Shown piece by piece: positions 47,164 to 58,834 of a stretch of DNA of 64,000 bases. Source of the DNA: Heteronotia binoei. Taxonomy: Eukaryota. Below the pieces are notes generated by a model, which ran no database searches, was not told the origin of the DNA, and saw only the letters and a program-made list of their open reading frames with translations. Position numbers and translations under genes: made by a program. The stretch covers positions 558,001 through 622,000 of the forward strand of contig NC_083237.1 of NCBI RefSeq assembly GCF_032191835.1. Direction: 5' to 3'. Position 1 is the first letter of the stretch; every line of letters begins with the position of its first letter.

Positions 47164-47297
47164 NNNNNNNNNNNNNNNNNNNNNNNNNNNNNNNNNNNNN
47201 NNNNNNNNNNNNNNNNNNNNNNNNNNNNNNNNNNNNNNNNNNNNNNNNNNNNNNNNNNNNNNNNNNNNNNNNNNNNNNNNNNNNNNNNNNNNNNNNN
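47164..47297. other. Assembly gap (134 N)
   Basis: Run of N. Confidence 1.
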
Positions 47298-47572
47298 AGT
47301 CATTTCCGACTCTGGAGTGACGTTGCTTTCACAACGTTTTCAAGGCAGACTTTTTACAGGGTGGTTTGCCCTTGCCTTCCCCAGTCTTTTACACTTCACC
47401 ACCCCACCAGCAAGCTGGGGACTCCTTTTACCGACCTCGGAAGGATGGAAGGCTGAGTCAACCTTGGGCCGGCGACCTGAACCAGCTTCCGCTGGGACAG
47501 AACTCAGGTCGTGAGCAGAGAGTTCAGACCACAGTACTGCAGTACTGCTGCTTTACCACTCTGCACCACGGT
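47298..47572 (-). mobile_element. Sauria SINE (3' end lost in the gap)
   Basis: Same family as 50093-50390: catttccgactctggagtgacgttgctttc...ggaaggctgagtcaacc...ccactctgcaccacgg. Confidence 0.75.
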
Positions 47573-48699
47573 GCAAAGCAAATTATTTATAACTGATTGC
47601 AGTGAATCCAACTGTAACCCCCCCCCCCCCAAAAATACCCTTCACAGGGAAAGGCCTGATGGGAAAGCTCAGCCTTACAAGCCTGTGGAACCCTGAGAGG
47701 CCGGGGGGGGGGCGGCTACAAGTGTGCGGAAGCCCCACCCCCTATTGGTGCCCTGCTTAGTTCCTCTGAATTCCCAGTTTTCTTTTTAAAAAAATTAAGT
47801 ATCCAGCCTTTTTTGTGGCGGCATCAGGGAGAAAGTGTGACAGCGTCTTCTTCTTCTTTGCCATCAAGTCACAGCCAAGTTCTGGTGATTGACGCTGCAG
47901 GCAAGGCAAGGGATGGAGTGAGGGGGCTGCCCATCGCCTGGCTTGGCCTGCCCCGGCCAAGAACTCTGCTGAGCTTCTGAGATCTGACAGACTGGGCGGG
48001 CTGGCGGGGGGGAGGGGAGGAGGGGTCCTCTCATTATGGGGAAAGAAAGCAATGGAGAAAGGAAGCTGCAAGGGGGGATGTTTCCTGATATTATCCACCC
48101 GTGCTTGCATGAAGAAGAAAGATAAGGTATGGCACGATGGCAGCCACGATGCCCCACCCCCAGAGGCACTGAAGAGGGTCTGCAGCGAAGGCTGTGCAGA
48201 AGGGACAAGGGGGGAAATTGCGGTGTGGAAGCCCCCGCTGCTTCTGCATTCAAGGTGGCAATAAAGGAGAACTGTTCTCTGGAGAGGAGTCCTCAAAAGA
48301 GCTTTCTCAGCTGCACCTGCCTCACAGGGTGTCTGTGGTGAAGAAGGGACACTGTCAGCTCTCTGAGGCTCCGAGTGAGGGTGGGGTAGGAATCCAATCT
48401 CCTCTTCTTCTCTTCATGCGGAAGCAGGTGTAAAACTCCAGTCTAGTTGAGGCAGAAATCCGAGACTGTTTATAGAGGACTCTAAGCTCCTCAGCGGCTG
48501 CAACGGGTGGGGCGGGGGAGAGAAATCCGAGGTCTTGCATCAGGAGTGGGGGCAGCGTCATGTGAAACCTCATCAGAAGTCTGCTTGCCACTCCTGTCTA
48601 CAGAGAGGCCTCTCAGAGCACAGCAAAGATCAGCCTAGTCGAGCCGCCCACCTCCCGCCACCCAGGGCTGAGCTGCTGTCCTTCTCTCTTCTCTCTGTA

Positions 48700-49710
48700 G
48701 AGAGCCAGTTTGGTGTAGTGGTTAAGTGTGCGGACTCTTATCTTGGAGAACCGGGTTTGATTCCCCGCTCCTCCACTTGCACCTGCTGGAATGGCCTTGG
48801 GTCAGCCAGAGCTCTGGCAGAGGTTGTCCTTGAAAGGGCAGCTGCTGTGAGAGCCCTCTCAGCCCCACCCACCTCATAGGGTGTCTGTTGTGGGGGAGGA
48901 AGGGAAAGGCGATTGTGAGCCGCTCTGAGACTCTTCGGAGTGGAGGGCGGGATATAAATCCAATATCTTCATCTACCTCACAGGGTGTCTGTTGTGGGGG
49001 AGGAAGGTAAAGGAGATTGTGAGCCGCTCTGAGACTCTTCAGAGTGGAGGGTGGGATATAAATCCAATATCTTCATCTACCTCACAGGGTGTCTGTTGTG
49101 GGGGAGGAAGGGAAAGGAGATTGTGAGCCGCTCTGAGACTCTTCAGAGTGGAGGGTGGGATATAAGTCCAATATCTTCATCTACCTCACAGGGTGTCTGT
49201 TGTGGGGGAGGAAGGGAAAGGAGATTGTGAGCTGCTCTGAGACTCTTCGGAGTGGAGGGCGGGATATAAATCCAATATCTTCATCTACCTCACAGGGTGT
49301 CTGTTGAGGGGGAGGAAGGGAAAGGAGATTGTGAGCCGCTCTGAGACTCTTCAGAGTGGAGGGTGGGATATAAATCCAATATCTTCATCTACCTCACAGG
49401 GTGTCTGTTGTGGGGGAGGAAGGGAAAGGAGATTGTGAGCCGCTCTGAGACTCTCCGGAGTGGAGGGCGGGATATAAATCCAATATCTTCATCTACCTCA
49501 CAGGGTGTCTGTTGAGGGGGAGGAAGGGAAAGGAGATTGTGAGCCACTCTGAGACTCTTCGGAGTGGAGGGCAGGATATAAATCCAATATCTTCATCTAC
49601 CTCAAAGGGTGTCTGTTGTGGGGGAGGAAGGGGAAGGAGATTGTGAGCCACTCTGAGACTCTTCGGAGTGGAGGGCGGGATATAAATCCAATATCTTCTT
49701 CTTCTTCTTC
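48700..49710 (+). repeat. Squam3-like SINE whose 3' ~104 bp is repeated in tandem (8 units)
   Basis: SINE head at 48700. Units start at ~48869, 48973, 49077, 49181, 49285, 49389, 49493 and 49597, and the array ends in (ctt)n. Confidence 0.9.
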
Positions 49711-50092
49711 TCCATTCTGCTGCACCCACAGAGAGCTCCAGTTGTGGGAGTTGATGATGGATGGGGCTCCCACCTCACCTCGGCCTCCCTGGAGGAGAAG
49801 GCTGCTGAGACCCCGTGCAGCTCACCTGGGAAGCCAGCCTGCTTGCCCTTGACCCTGCCCTCCTCCTCCTTTCCCCGTGAGAAGCCAGACAGACCCAAGC
49901 AGGACAATCCACGGAGGGAGGGAGGCTTCCCAGGGCAGGGCAGAAATCGGCCTCAACAGGAAACCCGGGTCTTTATGGCATCTGAGACCTTTATTGGACT
50001 GGACTTCTTTTTTCAACACAGACATGAAATACAATATATTTTGTGAAACTGAAGCATTATAACATTTGGATGTTGATCAATATGTTGTAAAA

Positions 50093-50690
50093 GGAAAGGT
50101 CCCCTGTGCAAGCACCAGTCGTTTGCGACTCTGGGGTGATGTTGCTTTCACAACGATTCACGGCAGACTTTTTATAGGGTGGTTTGCCATTGCCTTCCCC
50201 AGTCATCTACGCTTTCCCCCCAGGAAGCTGGGTACTCACTTTACCGACCTCGTAAGGATTGAAGGCTGAGTCAACCTTGGGCCGGCTACCTGAATCCAGC
50301 TTCCGTTGGGATCAAACTCAGGTCATGAGCAGAGAGTTCAGACCACAGTATTGCAGTACTGTTGCTTTAACACTCTGCGCCACGGGGCTCTTCAAATAAA
50401 CAAGGAAAAGGGAAGGTCCCCTGTGCAAGCACCAGTCGTTTCCGATTCCGGGGTGACGTTGCTTTCGCAACGTTTTCACGGCAGACTTTTCACGGGGTGG
50501 TTTGCCATTGCCTTCCCCAGTCATCTACACTTTCCCCCCAGCAAGCTGGGGACTCCTTTCACCACCTCGGAAGGACGGAAGGCGTAGTCAACCTGGAGCC
50601 GGCGATCTGAAAACCCAGCTTCCGCCGGGGATCGAACTCAGGTCGTGAGCAGAGTTTAGGACTGCAGTCCTGCAGCTTCACCGCTGGGCT
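50093..50690 (-). mobile_element. Two tandem Sauria SINEs (50093-50390 and ~50411-50690)
   Basis: aaaggtcccctgtgcaagcaccagtcg...ggaaggctgagtcaacc...cactctgcgccacggggctc, with a tRNA-derived head on the minus strand. Confidence 0.78.
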
Positions 50691-50699
50691 CCTGAGACT

Positions 50700-51050
50700 C
50701 AGTCCACGCGCGTGCGCACTGGGTGCCGGCCTCCTTCCCCACAGCGCCCCCTCCCGGCCTTGGACTGGATGTTCCCAAAGCGAGCGCGGGAAACCCCCCC
50801 TCTCTCTCTCTCTCCTGCCGCTCTAGCCTGGTCCACTCTGTGGCGGAAGCGGAAGCGACTCTGCTTCCGGTGCCGTAAAGCGCGCGCTCCCGGGGCCCCT
50901 CTCGGGATGCATCGGCGCTTTTGCGGCAGTGTCCAAGATGGCGGCAGCGGTGGCGATGGCGATGCGGGGGGCGAGCCCGGACTGGACGCGTCAGGCGGAG
51001 ACCACCGGGGTGAGAAGCCACGCCCCCTGGTCTGACCCCGCAGGGCTTCC
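50700..51050 (+). promoter_or_regulatory. PSMB6 CpG-island housekeeping promoter
   Basis: NRF1-like GCGCGTGCGC (50708-50717), tandem ETS CGGAAGCGGAAG plus TTCCGG (~50844-50870), and YY1-like CAAGATGGCGGC overlapping the ATG. Confidence 0.7.
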
Positions 51051-54000
51051 GTAGTCTCAGGTCCAGCAGGGCTCTCCTCGGGGGGTCTCGCTAAGGGGTG
51101 GACGAGGAGACCAGGAAGCCCTGCGAGGAGGAGGGGCTTGGAAGGTTCAGAAGGGACGGGGTGGCTCCCTTAGAAGGGCTGCGAGGGAGAGGACCAGCTG
51201 GATAGGAGGGAAAGCCTTGTTCAGCAGTGGAATCGGCTACTGAGCTCCCCCTCGCTGGCAGTCTTCAAGCAAACACTCTGGGCAAACACAGGACAGGGAT
51301 TCAGTAGGCCAGCCGCGTCCAAACATGCTTAATGGAAGAGCCAGGTAGAATAAATGTCAGGTGTTTGAGAGCTGCAAGGCAAGCAGGCAGACCAATAGAT
51401 GGGGGGGGAGGGGTGGAAAGAAAGCAACTTTAACTCCTTGTTGTCCCCGGGCCAAAGGAAGCCCGTTTGAAATCTACTAGGGATAGGGCCTTCTCCGTAA
51501 TGGCCCCTTCCTGGTGGAACCAGCTGCCGGAAGAGGTAAGGGCCCTGCGGGATCTCGCTCAATTCCACAGGGCCTGTAAGACAGTCCTCTTCCGGCTGGC
51601 TTACAACTAATCTGGCACTTGAAATTTAACTGAGTGTAGTTTTTATAATGATTGCTGTATGTTTTTAATGTTTTAACTATGTAAACTGTGTGAAATGTTC
51701 AAATTTTTATACTCCTATGTTAGATTTTATATTCTGTAAGCCGCCCTGAGCCACCTGGTGGGAAGGGCGGGATACAAATTACAAATAAACTAAACTAAAA
51801 CTAAACTAAATGCATTCTCCAAGCTTCTAGCTGGCTTGGCTCTGAGAAACAATTCAAAGAGACAGATGTTTTCTCCAAAGCCAGCCGAGGGGTGGCTGGA
51901 GCTTTGAGAGCCACACAGTATGTATGAAAGAGCCAGATGTGGCCACCCCTGCTGTAGGCTGATTCTGCATTGAACAGGGAGTTGAACTTGGTGGCTTGTA
52001 TGGGACCTTCCAACTCTGTGACTCTATGCTTCTTCTAGGAGTGCAAAGGCAGATTTTCAGGAGACGCAATACTCTGAATAAATAAATGCTGTTTATCATT
52101 ACAGGGTGAGATTGAAGAAGGAAAGTTGCATGGAGGCAGGGGGGAGTAATATTCCAGAAAGTGAGGGGTGTTATTGATGGGGTAGGAGCAATGGAGAGCT
52201 GAAGCTCGCCCAGCCTCCAAAAAACAGAAGGCCAGTGGGACATTCCCTTCAGTGCTGCAGCTGGTGAAGGCCTGTCCCTGGAGAGCTGGGCCTGGCGGTC
52301 TGCTTGTCAGCCTGATCTGCCTCCCTGTTTTGTTTTTTCCTGACCCTTCTCTTCTCCTTCCTCCCAGACAACCATCATGGCTGTGGAATTTGATGATGGC
52401 GTCGTCATCGGCGCCGACTCCAGGACCACCACTGGGTGAGAGAGCGATTTCACACAGGTGTCGTGCTCCATGTCTCTGGAGCGAAATGTGGCTGAGTACA
52501 GAAACCAATTATTGCTGTTCAAAAAAGAATATTATATCTTTGCGCTAAGAGCCATCTTTGGTTTATGGTGTAGGGAAGGGGTAGGCAGAACGCTGGCATG
52601 TGAAAGAAAGGGCAGTTGCAGGGGTTTTTTAAATGGGATTTCAGGGCTTCTGGGAAAGATTTTACAGAGAGGGAAGCCAGAGAGAGAAACACCTAGATGG
52701 CTTAGAGCTCAGGAGAAATCAATGAGATTTTCAGACACAGGTAGGGATGGAGCTTCCAAAGTCCTTCTATCCCTGCCTTTTGGGGGAGGGACCACTCCCA
52801 GCCTGGATGTGGGGCTTCCTCAGGATCACAGGTCCCCTTTGGGTGGGGGAGTTCAGTGCAACTTTGTGGGGGGAGAATGCTGGGGAGAAAGAACTACCTG
52901 GGCACACATCCCAAGGAGGACTCAGTGTGCCCCAGCCCCACGCGCATACACACACCCTGCTGTACCACCCAGATGTGCAGGTGAATGTGGCACACTCCGT
53001 GGGGGAGGTAGAAGGGAGATACCATCCCCCATGCACATGTGGGAGAAGAATCAGCAATGGCAAGGGTAGGCAGAGGCTCTGAGCCCCTGGCTGGGTGCAG
53101 CCAAAGGATGAGAAGTGTGACCTCTCCCCTCCTGCAACCCGCCAGCCCCATGCAAGCCATGTTCTGGCCATGCCCATTGGCCTGCAGTGCCCTGCCCCTC
53201 CTTCCACCCCCACCTCCATGCTGAGGCTGTGGATGCAGCTGCAGAAGCACCAGCTGTGTTTTTAGAACTCTCTCTCACACACACACACACACAACTGCAA
53301 GGCAAGGAGTCAAAGGGCTGCATGGAAAGTTGGCTTGCCACAGACACACACACACACACACACCCTGTCCTCTCCTGGGGGCAGCAGAGGCTCTGGGGCC
53401 CTGGTGCTGCTGGCGTATTTGGGACTTGTGCCGACACACAGATCAGTTGGGTCCCTGAGTGCTCCCCCCCCCATTGCACTGTTAATCAACATGTTAATTG
53501 CCGAGTGTTGTGTGGTTTACATTATGCAAATAGGCTTTTTTAAACTGACTCTGGGTTGGCCTCTGGCTCTGCATGTTGGCCTCGTCTGGCCTGGTGCTTA
53601 TCAGAAGCTCTGTGCCCCAGTGGGGCATTTTGCAGGGGAAGCATCTCACCCTCCAGCCCCTGAGGCGTCCCTCCGTTCTGGAGCGTGGGGGGTGGGTGGT
53701 GCCTGGAGAAATCATCATCCTGCAGCTGCCGGCTTTGCTTTAATGCTTCATTTCATGGGATTTCTGTCCCTCCGAGCAGGCTCAGGGCGGGTGGCTCCTT
53801 CCCCTTTTTTCAGGGTTCCTACCGGGAAGAAAGGCAGGAGGGGAGAGCAGAGGCTGCAGTATCTTTTTGTGGCTTCCTCTTGTGCAGCTGAGAGGTCTGC
53901 AGGGCCCCATTTGACGCAGAGGGCAGAGCTCTGCTTTGTGGTAGCCGGACTGACACTAGACCCTCTAGTTGTGCCTGGGGTTCATTGGGCAGGCTGGGCA

Positions 54001-55604
54001 GAAGGCTATTGATGGTCTTTTCTTGCTTATTTTAGCTCCTACATTGCTAACCGAGTCACAGACAAGTTGACGCAGATCCACGAGCACATCTTCTGCTGCC
54101 GGTCAGGCTCAGCGGCTGATACACAGGCCATTGCTGAGGCCGTCACCTACCAGCTGGGCTTCCACAGGTACTGCCCGATTCTTCTCTGGGGAGGAGCAGG
54201 GAGCTCCATGCTTGGTGACGGAAGTGCTTGCAGCCGGAGAGGGAGTGGGCCCTGCCTGTTCAGGGGCAGTCTGTCTCTGAGCACCGGCCGCTGGGGAGGG
54301 TCTCGCACGCAGCCTTCTCAGGAGCATCTCTCAGTAACGGATACTACATGACAGGAACTCGCAGCCTGATCAGCATGAAACGTGTTGGCAGAGCTCCCAC
54401 GATTTTGCTTCTGTGCTCTGCAGGAAGATAGTGAACTGAGGCAGAAACAAGCTTCTTTCTTTGAGGTTTCTCTTGGTCTCCATCCTGCAGTATTCTGGAT
54501 CAGCTGATATTTAGCAGTGCTGCTTTCAAAGTGGCCGCATACCTTTGGGTCCTGTTTCCCTTGCAAGTCTGTTTGGCAAGAGGGAGAAGGACCCCATGTT
54601 AGTAGCATGCTTCTGTGCCAGCAGAGCCAACTCCTTTCCCTCCCTCCCTCCCTGCTGTAAGGACCACCGCTGTGGCTTCCATTCTAAGCCATCTGGACCC
54701 AATACCAGAGATTGCTCTCCATTGAGAACTCTCCTGAGCAGAGCTGGGAATATTCAGGAGTTGACCCTTAAGAGAGCAAACTATTATTTTAGGCATTATG
54801 GAAGGCTCCATCATCAAACCCTTGGGGTTTAATTGTTTTGGTTTGATTGCTTTAACTATTTTGATGTTTTATTGTTGGCTTTAATGTTTTAGCTTGTGGG
54901 AATCTGCCCTGAGCCCTTCACGGGAAAGGGCGAACTATAAATGTACAGAATAAATAAAAATAAACAGAGAGAAGGTGACTTGTGTCGTGGTGTGTTCCCT
55001 TCCCCATATTCTGCAGCATTGAGCTGGACGATCGCCCCCTGGTGCACACGGCAGCTAACCTGTTCAAGGAGGCATGCTACCGGTACCGAGAGGACCTGAC
55101 AGCTGGGATTTTGGTGGCCGGCTGGGACAAGCGCAAAGGAGGCCAGGTAAACTGCAGGGGCTGCAGCTCAGGCTGCTGGGGAGAGGGGCTCCTGTCCCAG
55201 TTCAAGAGCCCAAGCATCTCTCTGCCCCTCTGTCTTGCAGGTATACTCTGTGCCCATGGGGGGGATGATGGTGCGGCAGCCCTTCTCCATCGGGGGCTCC
55301 GGCAGCTCCTACATTTACGGCTTTGTTGATGCCTCCTACAAGCCCGGCATGACCAAGGAGGAGTGCTTGAGCTTCACTGCCAACGGTGAGGTGGGGAGGG
55401 GTCTCCTTGGCTGGGGGAGGGGGGAGCCAGCCAGCGTCTAGACGGGCAGCCTCACGCTCCTGCCTTTTCCTCGCAGCCCTCTCCCTGGCCATGGATCGCG
55501 ACGGCTCCAGCGGGGGCGTCATCCGCCTGGCTGCCATCACAAAGGACGGTGTGGAACGCAAGGTCATTTTGGGCAACGAGCTGCCTCGCTTCTCCTCCCA
55601 CTGA
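50938..55604 (+). CDS. PSMB6: Proteasome subunit beta type-6 (beta1), 224 aa with a 24-aa propeptide
   Basis: Exons 50938-51009, 52368-52435 ([23 protein letters not shown], catalytic Thr1), 54036-54167, 55017-55146, 55241-55385 and 55477-55604 are phase-consistent. ADSRTTTG identifies PSMB6 rather than PSMB9. ATTAAA at 55651. Confidence 0.97.
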
Positions 55605-56511
55605 AATGGGGGGTGCCCCCCAAGAGCACTGTTTAGGGCTTGAGGACTTTATTAAAATCGGAATGTCTAAGAACTGAGTGGTCTTCTTTGTCTCAAACAC
55701 CTGTCTGGGGGGGGGGGGCAGAGCAGAGGTCTCTGAGGGCACATGGAGTGTGAGGGGAGCGACTGAGGTGCTGGCCTGTGACGGGTTCCTGTGCCTCCCA
55801 CACTGCTTGCTCCCTGCCCCCTCTGTCCTGAGAACTTCCTGCAGGTGTGAAGGGGGTGCTGGGGGGAAGCTCAGCGTGGGGGCTGTTCTCTAGGGTCTTC
55901 CAAGGAGTCTGCCCTCTGAAGCAGCCGTTTCTTCCAGGAGAACTCATCTCGGGAGCCTGGAGATTTAATTGTAATTCTGGGAGGACTCTGGGCCCTACCT
56001 GGAAGTTGGCAGCCCTAAATGCACGAGGGTCTCCTGCAACCCCTCCCAAAGGGATTATTGTTTTCCAGCCGGAGGGGGCTCAAAGAGAAGTAAAAAAGCT
56101 CCTGGAAGGTTTGAAGGGGAGGGGGGTGGAGCTTTGGCCTGCTATTCTGAAGGTGGAGCTTGGTTCTTCTGTCCCCCGCTACAGGTGCGCTGCCAGCTCC
56201 CCTCCCCCTCTTTTGGGGGTTTCTGTTTGGGGGGGAAAGAGGAGGGCCAACAGAGGCCTTTGGCTGCCTTCCCAGAGGCTACCCTCAGCTGTGCAGGGCC
56301 TTGGGGGAGGGCTGGGGAGGAGCAACTGAAGGACCGAATTCTCCTTCTGCAGGGGGGTGGGGCTGCTTGGGGTAGTGCAGGGGTGACCAATGGTAGGTCT
56401 CCTGATGTTTTTTGCCTACAACTCCCATCAGCACCAGCCATTGGGCATGCTGGCTGGGGCTGATGGGAGTTGTAGGCAAGAAAAAAATTGGAGAGCTACC
56501 ATTGGCCACCC

Positions 56512-57012
56512 CTGGTGTAGTGGTTAAGTGTGTGGACTCTTATCTGGGAGAAGAAGAAGAACTGCAGATTTATACCCCGCCCTTCTCTCTGAATCAGAGA
56601 CTAAGAGCAGCTCACAATCTCCTATATCTTCTTCCCCCACAAGACACCCTGTGAGGTGGGTGGGGCTGAGAGAGCTCTGCCAAGAGGTGCCCTTTCAAGG
56701 ACAACTCCTAGGAGAGCTCTGGCTGACCCAAGGCCATTTCAGCGGCTGCAAGTGGAGAAGTGGGGAATCAAATCCGGTTCTCCCAGATAAGAGTCCTCAC
56801 ACTTAACCACTACACCAAGCTGGGTTTGATTCCCCAGTCCTCCATATGCACCTGCTGGTGTGAGCTTGGACCAGTCATAGCTTCTCTCAGGGCGGTTCTC
56901 AAGAGCAGTTCTTGGAGCTCTCTCAGGGTGTCTGTTGGGGGGAGAGGGGAGGTAAAGGAGATTGTGAGCGCTCTGAGATTCGGAGTGGAGGGCGGGATAT
57001 GAATCCAACGTC
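56512..57012. mobile_element. Nested Squam3-like SINEs: a minus-strand copy (~56550-56820) inserted in the head of a plus-strand copy
   Basis: The plus-strand head tggtgtagtggttaag...ctgggagaa is interrupted and resumes as ctgggtttgattcccc at ~56820. Confidence 0.7.
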
Positions 57013-57299
57013 GTCTTCCATTGTGCTGCCTCTCCCGTCCAGCTGCCCCCCCCCCCCCCCCCTTTGTGACTGTTTCCAAGTGGTGACTCCTGGGAGGCAG
57101 GAAGGCATCGGCCTGAAAACAGCCCCACCCTGGGAAACGCCTTTCCAGGGCACGGGTCCCCTTCCCCCACCCACCCCCACACTTGGGGGGGGAGGGGTTG
57201 TCTCTGCTCCTGGTCCTGCTGCCCCATGGAAGCAGGGCACTCTACACGTGCTCAGAGTCTTGACGCTCTTGCTGAGGCGCCTCTGCCTTCCCCAGGGGG

Positions 57300-58500
57300 T
57301 GATGCAGCCCCCCGCCCTCCAGAGGTGGCCCCTTTTCTCGTCTTCCCGGGGGGGGGGAGGCCGGCCCCACCCCCGCCTGAAGGGCCTGCTGCCTCCCCCC
57401 AGCGCCCTCCCGCCCGGAGCGGGGCAGCCTCTCCCGGCAAGCGCCACCCTACCTGGCCGCTGCGGCGCGGGCGCCTTGCACGCAGGGCTGGCTGGCGGGA
57501 GAGGCGAGGCGAGCGCTGGGTTCGAATCCAGAGGAGAGGAGGGAAGGAGGTTGCGGCACTCTGCACATGCCCCGAGCCCGGCCCCTGGGCCTCGCCTTGC
57601 CTGCCTGCTCGCGTCCTCCGCGCCCGGGAGGCGGGCCGGGCCAGCCCATTCCGCGCTTGGGACAGCCCAGCCCTCCTCCTCCTCCTCCCCCGCGCCTCCT
57701 TCCCTTCCCTTCCCTTCGCCCGGAGCCGCCGCCCGCCGCCCCCCCCCCGCAGGTGAGTAGCTGCCCGCAGCCCCCGCCCGCCCGCCCGCCTCCCCGCAGC
57801 TCTCCTGGCCGGGGCGCCTCGCGTGGTGCGGGGGGGGGGCAGGAGCTGCTCTTGGGCCCCGACCCGCGCGCGTGGCCTCCCTGCCCGGGGGAAGAAGCGG
57901 CGGAGGGGGCGCTCCCGGGTCTCTTCGGGCGGGGCTGCCCCTCCCCAGGACTCCCCCGTGCCCTTGCTTCCCTCCGCAGCCCGGCGCCATGCCCACCCTC
58001 GAGGCCAGCCCCCGCCCTGCCCGGGAGCTTCCAGCAGGAGGAGGGCAGGCGGAGGAGCTGCCGCTGCTGGCCCGCCCGGAGGAGGAGGCTCCAGGTCAGT
58101 CCCGTCGGGGGGAGGAAGGGAGGGAGTGGGGGGCTGCCTTCCTTCCTTTGCCGGGGCCTGCCACTCCCGGCCTGCTCTCCCTCCTCCCTCCCGCAGCCAG
58201 CAGCAGCAGCCCGCCCCCCTTCCGCAGGCTCTTCGCTCTCCAGCCGCTCCGCTCCCCGCCCGGGCCCCTCTTCCTCCCCGGAGTGCCCGTCAGCGCCCGC
58301 CTCGACGGCACCGAGAGATACACGGCCGGCTCCAAGGTCAGCAGGGCGCGGGGAGGGGGGGGAGGGACCCCTGGCACCCCAGCCCCGCACCTCCCGCAAG
58401 CTCAGGGCACGGCTTGCTGCCCCCCGCCCCCTCTGGTGGGCCAGGCCCTGCCCTCGGGTGGCCTTCCTCCCCGCCTCCCCCCCCCCCCCACAGAAGGCTC
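57300..58500 (+). promoter_or_regulatory. PLD2 CpG island with a non-coding first exon ending at 57752
   Basis: CpG-dense stretch with a strong donor CAG|GTGAGT at 57752/3 and an acceptor at 57979/80. Confidence 0.75.
57989..58336 (+). CDS. PLD2: Phospholipase D2, first two coding exons (partial; the gene continues beyond the window)
   Basis: Exon 57989-58094 (Kozak GCGCCATG; MPTLEASPRPARELP...EEEAP) and exon 58197-58336 (PFRRLFALQPLRSPPGPLFLPGVPVSARLDGTERYTAGSK; recalled human [23 protein letters not shown]). Phases are consistent and the position is syntenic. No further exon was recognised in the window. Confidence 0.9.
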
Positions 58501-58834
58501 TACCGAGAGCAGGGGTGGCAGCTTCCAGTGCTCCAAGGGCTTGGCCTGCAGAACCCTGCAAAGCAGGCCAGTTTGGGAGGGGACTCCGGAAGAGCGAGCG
58601 TAAGAGAAGCCGTCTTGATCAGGCCACTCCTGCCCACGGAGGGGCCTCTCAGAGCACAGCAGAGGTCAGCCCTCCTCCCACCCAGGGCTGGCCTGCGCCT
58701 TCCCTTGTCTGCTGCCCACTTCTCTTAGCAGACTGGCCTTGCCAGAGGGCTCAGCTCCAGGTCTCCCCTCCCTCTCCCTCCACTGCGCTCCACCCCCAAA
58801 GAGAGCTCCCGCTCTGGGAGTTGAGAAGAGCAGA

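Noticed and set aside
47757-48433. ORFs of 70-179 aa between GLTPD2 and PSMB6
   Set aside because: No recognisable protein similarity or exon structure.
52368-52435. TTIMAVEF start resembles immunoproteasome PSMB9
   Set aside because: The downstream GADSRTTTG, the remaining exons and the synteny all indicate PSMB6.
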